NCBI RefSeq assembly: GCF_964355755.1
Contig: NC_092676.1
Location: 17,440,871 to 17,504,870 of the forward strand
Source: Antedon mediterranea
Taxonomy: Eukaryota > Animalia > Echinodermata
Direction: 5' to 3'
DNA length: 64,000 bases
Position numbers and translations under genes: made by a program. Under the pieces are notes generated by a model. The model saw nothing but the letters and a program-made list of their open reading frames with translations, had not been told where the DNA came from and ran no database searches. Shown piece after piece: positions 1 through 12,100 of this stretch. Each line of letters begins with the position of its first letter. The first letter of the stretch is position 1.

Positions 1-175
1 TTGGCTTATGCATCTTCTCTGGTTAAGGTGGGCACTGGACGAGAGAAGCCCTTGGTCAATGTTGGGACCAGTCCTGGCTTAGTCATCATTCAGATGAATT
101 CAAGACTAATTGACATTGTCGTTTACGACAGATATATATCGTTTAGTTGAGTGAAATTATGCCTAGCTTACTTAC

Positions 176-3100
176 CATAGTATCTGCCTCATAGTAAACT
201 TCTCTCGTTTCTTCTGGTACAAATCCTTGTAGAGACATTGGAATGTGTTTTGAACAGTTAATAAGCTGATTCTCTAAGGACGTCAATGTCTGCAAATCCA
301 ATGGAAGCTCAAAAAGTCTTGTTGCTAAGGTACGGATTTCTCTATCTGATAAAACTCTACAGTCGACAAAAAATAGATAATATTTCATACGGTAAAATAA
401 GTTTTTAAGTTTTAATGTTAATCTAAGTGCAATATAGTGCTATGGTTAACAACCTCTTGGTCGAGTGTAATGGCCAAGCTTTTAAATGTCACTGTCTTTT
501 AAAAGTATTTAAAGATATATTATTGTCCTCCCTAAAAATTGTTTTTTTTTTTAATTTCTTTAATTGAATATGCCATTTTAATGTCACATAATAGTTATTC
601 ATTTTTACTAAAAATTGAAGAAAATGAAGTGAAAACATAATTTTTACCACTTTTTTTCTATGAAAACTACAAAATAACCAATGAATGAATTCTTTTATTA
701 TGTTTTTGAGGGACAATACATCTTTAAATGTCACGGTCAACGTTACAAGCATTATAGTCTGTTTAGTCTCATGGTGTCACAACCAACATATCTAGTGTCA
801 CAGTGACCTTTTCAAAGGTCACAGTAGTGGTTGCAATTGTTGTGTTAACAATTTTATGTTAATATTCATTCATTGATAATGGCTTAATTTGTGTAAAGAT
901 GTTCATTGTTTACCTTGAGTTATCTGTATCAAATTCAGCGAATATTTCAGAGATGTTAACCTCCTTTGTTTGACTCATCATAAAGTACATAAATGAGAAA
1001 GCAAACTGCATGTCTTTTGAATGACGAAGTTGATGTGATGATGTGATTGCAAACTCCTCTTCAAACCTATAAAACAAATACATAAAGACATTTATAAATG
1101 CTTTAGATATACTATAAACAGAATATGTGTTAACTGTGGAAAACAACAAAAATAGTAATTAGATTAATAATCTATATTAATAAATACAAATAGAGATCTT
1201 CATCAAAACCCAAGCACAATAAATATCTTGTAACACTATAAAAAAAAGGTTCAATGTTTGTCACTAACAATACAGTTGGATCAAGGTAGTCTTAGTTGAT
1301 TGAAATGATTGTAAATAAACGTGGACTGGAACCAGCACTTATATTAACAATAAACTGAATGCAACTGATAATAGATAAGATAGATAAACATTTTATTCAT
1401 CATAAAATAAATAAAATTACATTATGAAAATTATCTTCCTTGGCAAGAATATAAATATTAAAAAAATATATAGGCCTAACATATTTAAAATATTTATAAA
1501 ACAAATTACACAAAAATATTTATAATAATATACTGCATAGGTATGAATAGTGAACGCATCGGTATTACAAACTTCTCTTAAATCGTGAATTAAAAATATG
1601 AATAGCATTTGGAACAAAAGATAGTCTAAAACGTGAATTATTTGATCGTGGTGGTCTAACTCTCACTGATCTATTTACAATAAATTCATTGTGTAGTGAG
1701 TGAGAACTGTTTCCCATAATTACTGGTCATGGTAACCCATACCACACATGTGACATAAATCAAAGTTTTCAGGTTTTTATTTCAGAAAAGCACATATCTT
1801 GTGCAGCTGTGTGTTGACATAAGCCTTTATTTTGTGATTGCACATATCTAAAACATGTACAAATACAGCAAAAGCTTTTAAAAAACACAACGTAAACAAC
1901 ATACTCATCTTGTAGTTCTCTCATGATGTCAACGTCAATCATATGAGGCATGTGGGCAGGCACCTTACGAGCAGTGAAGCCAAACCGATGATTGTAAAGC
2001 TTGTTGACATGGCGCAGTGAGTTTCCAAACGTATCTAGAAGCTGCCGACTTCCCGTTCCTCTTGGCGTATCAAACTCATTCTGTTTTTCTAGCTGCTCTA
2101 TTTGCTTCAGAAATGAAATAAAAAATACATAAAATTAAACACATTATCATCAAGTAAATAACAAATGTGGGATAAATATTAATCAAACTGAATGCAAGTG
2201 ATGAAAAAATAAGATTCATCTTAAACATTCAACTTAAATATTCACTAGAGAAGTAGTTTGTCAGTTCCAGCTATGACATAAACGTGTATATTGTATAGAT
2301 GGTTAATTGCAGGGTAACAAATTTGTAAAAAAGTAAATGAATGATTTATATAGGGTGATTGGTGATCCAATCCTGACCTAATGCCAGTGTTGTAACTCAT
2401 GACTCAACTCCACTCCGTAAGCCTCAAATGAGACTTAGCATATAAGCATGATAAATTATAAAATAGTTTATCCTTTAATTGGTGAGTTACTCCTTGTTGG
2501 ATTTTTTTTTTTAAAGTAAATTATTATATTGTACGAAGTAATGAAAAAATAAGAATTATCTTTAAATAACATTCAATTAAAATATTCACTGGGGACGTTG
2601 AGGAATATTAGAAATGTGGTTGTTAGTTCCAGCTACAATACAAACGTGTATATTGTATTGGACGGACGGCTTAACTGCAGGGTAACCCACTTTAGTAAAA
2701 GTAAATGAACGATAATAGGGAGCTTTCGATTTGTAACAAGCTACAGTAGGACCTAGGCCTATGCATATTATGTCATTGGTTATTGAACAGAACTGTGTCA
2801 AGGAATTGCATGAGGGAAGCATGTTCCAGTTCCATTGCATACATTCTCTGAATCAAGATTACATAACTAGTTTCCAAGCCCTCGCAAATTGAAAGCTCCT
2901 TGTGAAACATCACCCAAACTAACCTCTGTATATTTTGAAAAATCTTGTGACTTTTCCCAAGGTAGAAAACTGCCTTCTCTGTAGAATTGCTGTCTTTGTT
3001 TGGCTAACTTATCCAGCTGCCTTTCATCAGCATCTTCACTAAAAATATTTGCTAAGGGATCTGAATTCTGCTTCAACAAGTCTTTCTTTGCAGCAATATC

Positions 3101-6100
3101 AAGTATATCATGTGTAACAGAATCCTGCAATATCCTCATTTTTACTAATTGTTTAGATTGTCTCTGAATATTGGATTCCTTTAGTTGTCCTATATGTTCA
3201 GCAATATCTGTATTTAATAAATTTAATTTTCTACTTGATCTTTGCGATTTCTCTAAATTGAAGGCTGATATATTCTTTAAAATTGTTAAATTATTATATA
3301 GTGTTATGTCATTCTTTATATGATCATTTTCATATTTATAATTCTGTTTTATTAAAAGTTTTCTCATTCCCGGATGAAGGTTTTGTTCATTATTCTGGTT
3401 ATCTTTTTTCTCATTATCTATTTCTTGATATTCAAAATCAACCCCATCCTTTGACTTTCTTTCATCTAAATTGTCATCTTTTAATATATTATTCATTTTA
3501 AACTCATCTTGATCTAAGTCTATTGGATGAGCATTTTGTTTATTCATTTTGGGTAAAACTTGACCATTCATAACTGGTTTATTTAACTGTTGCTGTACAA
3601 GTTCAGCCATATTCAGATTTTCTTTAGCCTCTTTAACTGCTATTTGATTCTTGTCATCACCAATGATATCGGTATCATCAACTAGTTTCTGATTGGTTGC
3701 GTCCTTATCTGCATTATCTTTTTGCAGGTTAGGATTCCCACCAGCAACATTAACATCATGTACAAAAATTTTCGGATCTTGCTGTTGGTCTTGTCTCATC
3801 TCAAACTGATTAACACCAACATTGTGTGGTTCAACTGGTTTCTGTGGGTTACCATCAATTTGGTCAACCGGTCTATTACCAATTTGTGGTTCAACTGGTT
3901 GTTGCGGATTAAAATCTTTAAATTTATTACCACCAAATTGGTCAACAAGGCCAGCTTTACCAATTTCTGGCTCAACTGGTTTCTGTGGGTCTTGAACTTC
4001 TTTAAACTGGTTACCACCAATTTGGTCAACAAGGCCAGCTTTACCAATTTGTGGCTCAACTGGTTTCTGTGGGTCTTGAACTTCTTTAAACTGTTTACCA
4101 CCAATTTGGTCAACAGGTCTATTTTTACCAATTTGTGGTTTAACTGGATGTTGTGCATTAAAATCTTTAAACTGGTTATCAACAAATTGGTCAACTGGTC
4201 TATCATTACCAATTTGTGGTTCAACTGGTTGTTGTGCATTAGAATCTTTAAATTGGTATACAACCCCAGCAAATTCATTTTGCTTAATTGGTATTTGATT
4301 TGCAGCAGCAGCCCCATGTGCCTCCTCCCCTTGATGTTGTTCATTCTTTGATACCTGTTTATTATCAACTTGTTTACTGGGTTCTTTGACAACTGGCACT
4401 ATTTTACCAAATGCATCTAGCTGAATTTTGTCCTGATTATCATACTGCATTTTTGCATTATCATTAATTACAGGTATCTCCTGTTTGCGTAAGTGGAACT
4501 CATCTGCTTTAGGTTGCATATGTTTAATTCCATCTTTGTCAGATTTTTTATTCCTACTTTGTTGTTTTCCTTTAGATAAAGGTGTTTTTTTCGCCTTACT
4601 GGACAAGTAATTATATATTAATTCAGCCTTTAATTTGGTAAAACCTTTCTCAGTTAAGTCTCCTGCAACATAAAACATTCAATAAATAATTATTAAATAA
4701 ATTATTTAAAAAAAAAACATTGCATCTGTAACTTGTCCTACACTATTAAAGTCTCCCTCAGAATTGTTGATGTAGATGTTGATATTGTAATGTTCCAAGA
4801 CAGGACCATATACGGTACTTTACTATGAATATTCAGTATAAATATTTAATTTTTCTCAACATGTGTTCAACTGGTCAACATGAGCATTTGGAGAAACTAA
4901 ATGAAACTGGCCTCACAGTTGCGCAAAATATGAGTGTTTGTTGTAAGTTTAACATAACCACAACTACTACGTACAGAAAGTGATCTAAAGTGAAAGAAAC
5001 TAATCACTTCTTTCAACTTTGGACTCTTTGCATGCACAGCGTTAGTTACCACATGACCTGTAACAATCAGTTCAATGTCAAAATGAGCGTTCCCACAAAC
5101 TTGATCATTTCAGTTATATTCAAAGTTTGCAACTAGTTCCTTTCAGTGATCTATTATAGCCTTTATAGATATTATTATACAAATAATGAATGTTTATGAG
5201 TGCAATGGTACAAATAATGGCACGAGGTGAATGATGAAAGGTTATATCAACGAGGCAAAGCCGAGTTGATATAACCTTTCATCATTCACCAAGTGCCATT
5301 ATTTGTACCATTACACGAATACAAAACATTCATTATTTGTTTTATATAACATCTAGACGTTTTTTTTCGTACACAAAAATGTTTCAAAAAGTACTATTTA
5401 ACGATCGTTGAATAGTGCGTACTATTGCACGCCATGTGACCCACATTCGTCCAATCAAATGACAGGAATTTATATAGGTGTTATATAATAGTAAATATTG
5501 TTACCATCACTTAGTTGTTTTTCTAGTTGCTCCAGCTGCTTCTGAAACTCTGGGGGAAGCTGTTGTTCACCAATATCAGGGACATCTTTATTGACAACAT
5601 CTTTATTGATTGCACGTGGTCCACTGTAAGAAGGAAAGACTCTCAATAAAATGCAGAAACAGAAAAGGAAACAATATGATGGTTATGATGGTAATAACAT
5701 TTTTGTAATTTTTTCATATTGTAAAATAGTGGTAATACAATAGATCTCTGGTATTTTTTATTTTCATCTCACTCAGTTAAAAAAAGTGAAATATAATACA
5801 ACAAATAAGTATAGTAACCACAACAATGTTTATATTGTAATACAGTATTACATTATCTAATTTGATTTAATTAGAAAATTGGTGTGAAACCCACTTATAA
5901 TACAGTAACATGGTTTGGTCAAATTCTAAAACTATAAAGCAAATCAACACAAACACACTTCAAACCTTTTTTCAAAAAATGTTTTGTTTCAAACCTTTTT
6001 ATTTAACTTTTTGCATTGGAAATTTTAGTTTGTTTCTATTTCTACATATAAAGTGGCTACACCACCTACAAATTTTTTTGTAATAATACATATAAAGAAG

Positions 6101-9100
6101 CTTTATTTAAAAACAAGAAGTAAAATAATAATATACTAACATTAGATTTGAGTCAAATTCTTCAAATACAAAATTATCTTCCTCTGTTTTGGTGTTATTC
6201 TTGCTATCGTTCTTGATAACCATCAATGCCCTCTCTGCTAATGGTATTGTGTTGACAGTTACATTAAATGTTACCTAAAATACAACATTACAAAATCACT
6301 CAAGTAAAACCTTCAGAACCCAACAATGTCAATAGGGTGTCCATTCAATAGGAGGTGTCCATTCAATAGGAGGTGTCCATTCAATAGGAGGTGTCCATTC
6401 AATAGGAGGTGTCCATTCAATAGGAGGTGGCCATAGTGTTAAAACATTGCTCTTTATTCATTTTATTTATTTTCATTTATTCATTTCCCAACCAACAGTG
6501 AACTCATGGTTCACCACTTACAGGAGGGAACATTTCACAGACATTTGTCCTCTATAATAATAATGTCCTAAATGACGGTTCTAATGTATAAGGTATAAAA
6601 GAACAACCACTTTTGAAAAAGGTGATCAACATGTATTAATGCTTTCTTGAAACTGAACAATATCATTCTTCTTGGTGCATAAAAAACATCAAAACTTTAA
6701 ATGTTGAAATCAAAGGTCAAATTCTTGGTATAAATGCATTTTTCACGATTAAATCTAAAAGTACATTAAAGAATAATTGAAAAATTTTGAATGGTGTAAA
6801 CTTGCCTAAAGAACACTACTTACATTTAACCCAGATCCATCCGACTTGGTTCCTTCTACAAAGAACGAAACATTCTGCTCTGTGTGGTTTTTGTATAATA
6901 CTAGATGCATTGTTTTGAATTTTTGTGCAATTGTTCCTGTTCGTACAATGTTATTATTGCTGTAGTAACCACTGGCGATCGTACCATTGTTTCCAAACAT
7001 AGATGTTACATTGAAATATCCAACTTGAACACCTAAAAATACAAATCTTTGGCATTAAAACTACACGCTAACTGGCTATGTTTATATATGCCTAGAAAAA
7101 CATAAATAAACAATGATATAATATGTATATTATTCAGCAGGAACAATTCTTTAATTGACAGACTTTTTTCATACTCTGTATTCATTTAGATACTTTCAAT
7201 TCCACTAGTACCAACCTTTTGACCTCTAGAGTGTGTTTAGAAGTCATCCGGCCATACGTCATTCCAAACATGACATCATCCAACTCATATTAGTACTGTA
7301 CCTTTCATGACAACAATGTCCATTATTTGTTGTATAATAATATACACGGTGAATATACAATTTACCTTGTGGCATGGTGATGATTTGTCCAGAGTACTTG
7401 ATTTCAGCTGAGAACAGCCTGTGTAAATTCTTTGAGCCACAATCTCCTGCATCAAAACCGCATTCAGGGATATTACAAGACTGAAAAAAAAAGTACATTA
7501 CTAAATGCAAATTGTATAAATTATGCATGTTGGAATCTATGGAACGCCTCCTCTGCCTTCAGTTCACATTTATCATGCAGTACACACCAATCGTCATGCA
7601 GTACACACCAATCGTCATGCAGTACACACCAATGGTCATGCAGTACACACCAATCGTCATGCAGTACACACCAATGGTCATGTAGTACACACCAAACATC
7701 ATGCAGTACACACCAATCGTCATGCAGTACACACCAATCGTCATGCAGTACACACCAATCGTCATGCAGTACACACCAATGGTCATGCAGTACACACCAA
7801 TTGTCATGCAGTACACACCAATCGTCGTTCACATTTATCATGCAGTACACACCAATCGTCATGCAGTACACACCAATTGTCATGCAGTACACACCAAACA
7901 TCATGCAGTACACACCAATTGTCATGCAGTACACACCAATCGTCATGCAGTACACACCAATCGTCATGCAGTCAAATATTGCGTAATTTATACCGCCACC
8001 TATCGACAAAATCGAATATCACGTGAGGTTTATTAGACGGCTGTAAAACTAAGACTATTTAAACTTCTTTTATGGAATTCAATAATTGCAATGGCCTCCT
8101 AGCCGCGCCTGTGTCTCGCATAATAAATTATTGTATATATAAAAAAACAGAGCATTCACAGAGATGTGTAGCGGTTAAAATAAGTACAGTATGTCAAACA
8201 TAAAAGAAATCTTAGAGTCGATGGCCTAGTTTTACAGCCGTCTAATAAACGTCACGTGATATTCGATTTTGTCGATAGGTGGCGGTATAAATTACGCAAT
8301 ATTTCACTGCATGACGATTGGTGTGTACTGCATGACGATTGGTGTGTACTGCATGACAATTGGTGTGTACTGCATGACCATTGGTGTGTACTGCATGATG
8401 TTTGGTGTGTACTGCATGACGATTGGTGTGTACTGCATGATGTTTGGTGTGTACTGAATGACGATTGGTGTGTACTGCATGACCATTGGTGTGTACTGCA
8501 TGACGATTGGTGTGTACTGCATGACCATTGGTGTGTACTGCATGATAAATGTGAACGACGATTGGTGTGTACTGCATGACCATTGGTGTGTACTGCATGA
8601 CCATTGGTGTGTACTGCATGACCATTGGTGTGTACTGCATGACCATTGGTGTGTACTGCATGACGATTGGTGTGTACTGCATGACGATTGGTGTGTACTG
8701 CATGACCATTGTGAACTGAAGGCAGAGGAGGCGTTCCATAGGAATCTACTCAAATGTTAAGGCTGGAGCGCTGCAAATAAAGTCTGAGGCTCCTCAATCA
8801 AATTTCCTCAAAATTGTCAATGATAAAAAATGGGAATAAAGTAAATCCAATAGAAATGTATGATGTACTTTCTTCACAACTTAATACATGAATTGAATTG
8901 AATTGAAATTTATATTTATACTGGGTAACCTCTTCAGTCAAAGACTGGTCTCCCAGAGGGCCCAGTTGGTGATCAGTGGCTGTGATGTACTAATACACCG
9001 GGGTAACCCCCTACTCGTCTCGAAAGATGTACTAGGTTCTTTAAAGTGCACACGAGCTAGATGTGTACACTGGATCTACGGTTTATAGTCCTTATCCGAG

Positions 9101-12100
9101 AAGACTCGTTCTACCACCAGAACATGCACAAACAGTTTCTGGTTTATTACGTTGCACCTACCAAGTCTCTTAGGTCTGTTGATCATGTGATATGATAGCA
9201 AACACTAGACAGACAATTTTCAAGAATATTCCCATTTAGGTATACATACCTGATCACAGTATTTATCAGCAATCCAGCCATTTGCACAACCAGTGTTACA
9301 GTACACTGAAATAAACAGATTAAGTTTTAATGGTGGTCCTGGACGACTCTATAAAATTTTGGAAGTAATCCAGACCAGGATCCCAATTCTGGGCCACTTT
9401 TTATTATTTTACTAAATTTAGGCTGTATATCTAAACTACAAAACGGATCTTTAGCAAATGTAAACCACAGATAGATATGTGGTCACAAAAGACTTAGGAG
9501 GCAATCTGGACCAGGATCCCAATTCTGAACCACTTTTTATTATTCTACTAATTTCAGGTCGTACATCAAAACTACAAGGCAGATCTTTATTTTTTTTCAC
9601 TTTATACACTTTGAGACATTTCAGAATTATATATTATTTAAACTTGCTTTGTTCCAGAGCAGCTCCACCAGCACCACCTCCAAAATGGCCACCAGCACTA
9701 GCATGAACACCTATAAAATAACAATTTTTTTAATCAAATTGTTTAAACATAATCTAACACTTATAGGATTCTTCTGATGAAGAAACATAAAACGTGTCTA
9801 AAATTAAAGGTATGTTGAATTTTATGCTCTTAGTTTGTTTAAAAAAAATGTACAATCCAGTATATTCTTCAGGGGAACCAGAGCCAACATCATTGTGGAT
9901 ATATAGTAGCACCTATGTTCTCTATTTTTGACACTTGATAAACATTACAGATAAAATTATAATCTCTAAATAAATATATATTATTACCTTTACAATCTCC
10001 ACCATCCCAGTCACATTCTGAGGTATTGCAAGCTTTATCACAATAATTATCTTTGATCCAAGATGAAGGACACCCCTCTGCACAATTTGGAACAGGCCAT
10101 GTCAAATAAACCTAAACAAAGTCGTACCATAGTTTGTTTTTATCACAAAATATAAACATTGATTTATAATCAGAAATGCTCTATGGAACTTAAAAAGCAA
10201 AGAGCTTGTTACACTTTTAAAAATACTTTATTCATTCTCACTTATTTTTTTGCAAAAACCCTGAGAAACTTAATCTTCAATACCTGATGCGGGTCTACCA
10301 GACCAAAAATTCAAACACTAGGGTAGTAGGGATGACGTAAACAAAGTTTAGGGGTGGGTGGGATAAAACAGTACTTTTATTAGATTAGTGCTGTATTGTA
10401 TGTTGATATAAAGTTTGTGGTAAAACATGTATGTAGTTCTGAAAAGAACTGATCAACTGAACATTTTGATCAATTTGATTTAGTTATTCTGAGGAGTTAG
10501 AATGCAGAAAGTCCATGAAATTGGGGAATATAAGTGATATTGAGTGGGATAGGTGTGAAAGCAAAGTGTGAGCCTTGCTCACTGGGTGGAAAGCTGTGAG
10601 CTGTAGGCTGACATTAAGGAAGAAATTAAATTAATACATTCTTAGGTAATCTTTAAGTTAAAAAATTTTGCATTTTCTGTAAAAAGTAAACTTTTTCATA
10701 CTTTGCATTCATTTAGATACTTTCAATTCCACTGGTACCAACCTTTTGACCTCTAGAGTGTGTGTAGAAGTCATCCGGCCAGACGTCATTTCCAAACATG
10801 ACATCATCATTGAGGTAGATAAACTTTTTAGACAGCCCAGGGATCTGATGTAAGTGGCTCTCAATGGCAGGAGAGCCAAATGAAGGCAGATGTGACTGGT
10901 TTTGAAAAATGTCCTACATTGAAGATACAAATAGAATAAGTAACTAATTACTATCTACATTCAATTCAATAAAACTTTATTATCCCAAACTCCGGGGAAC
11001 AGTTATTTTCAGAACTAATATACGTGGTGTACCGAATAAATTATCATCGCGTTCAGTATTTATTTTTCTCATGATCAGTATTCTGAAGCTTTAAGGACTA
11101 ACATTGAAAGTATTGGAAAGAGCTTCATCCTTCATGATATTTCTAATCTTATTTAAAACAAAGTCAGAACTCACAAAAGCATTCGAACTGTGATGGTCCA
11201 AACGAAATGAAAACGTTCACGGTTCAGCGCACAACACAGTGACTACCTAAAGTTAAACCAACTGCGCTATGCCACTCTCTCTTTTGTTTACATTTATTTT
11301 GGCAAGACAATGGAAATACCTTGGTTCTTGTACATTCTATGCTAATCTATATCAGTAAAATTCTAACCTTGTGTGTAACAACTGTGACCCTTGGATTGTC
11401 CAGGTTCAGCCATGATGGAATTTGTCCATTAGTGACGATGTATATGTGACGTACCCACGGCGTGTATCGTTCAACTGATCTCAACGAGTAACGTAACTCT
11501 TCATTGTCCTCAAACCTGCTTGCTGAAACATCTTCATTTCCTTTAAACTCATCCTACATAATAGTTTTATTTGAAAAATTGAGTCAAAAAGTCAGAGACC
11601 ATAAAACTTGTCAGGCAAATTAACATTATTATTACATTATTTTTATACCATACAATGAACAAACACAGTTAATATGCAAGAAAATGTAATCATTTGTATT
11701 GTACCAGGGATAAAAGGAAATTGACACATTAAACTACTAACCTCTTCAATATTCCATATAAGGTATGCAGAAACAACCTTCATTCCATTGCTGGCATCAC
11801 TATGTTCAAACTGTAACAAATTGAGAGTGTATACATGATACATAGAACCTTACTATAATTCACCAAATCACTGTGTCTGTCTGGCTTTATTTATTCAGAG
11901 ACTAAGGGTTGTCCGTTGCATTCGTATTCCGTATATGTTCTATATAGGCTCCTTCTCATTGATTGATTTTTAAAGCCTGGATATAGTCTTTTAAAACATA
12001 CCATCATGTTTATGAATACTGACTTTCTAACAATCCCATGAACTAAACTAAAAAAAAACAAAAACACTTGTTTTCTGTATCTAGACCCAAAATTGATTGG

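Noticed and set aside
3283-4392. ORFs 3283-3501 (+), 3722-4351 (+) and 3796-4392 (-)
   Set aside because: Antisense or alternative-frame shadows of the repetitive GNPTAB exon.
7432-8760. Overlapping repetitive ORFs ([28 protein letters not shown])
   Set aside because: They are by-products of a stop-poor 21-bp tandem repeat read in several frames on both strands inside the foldback element.
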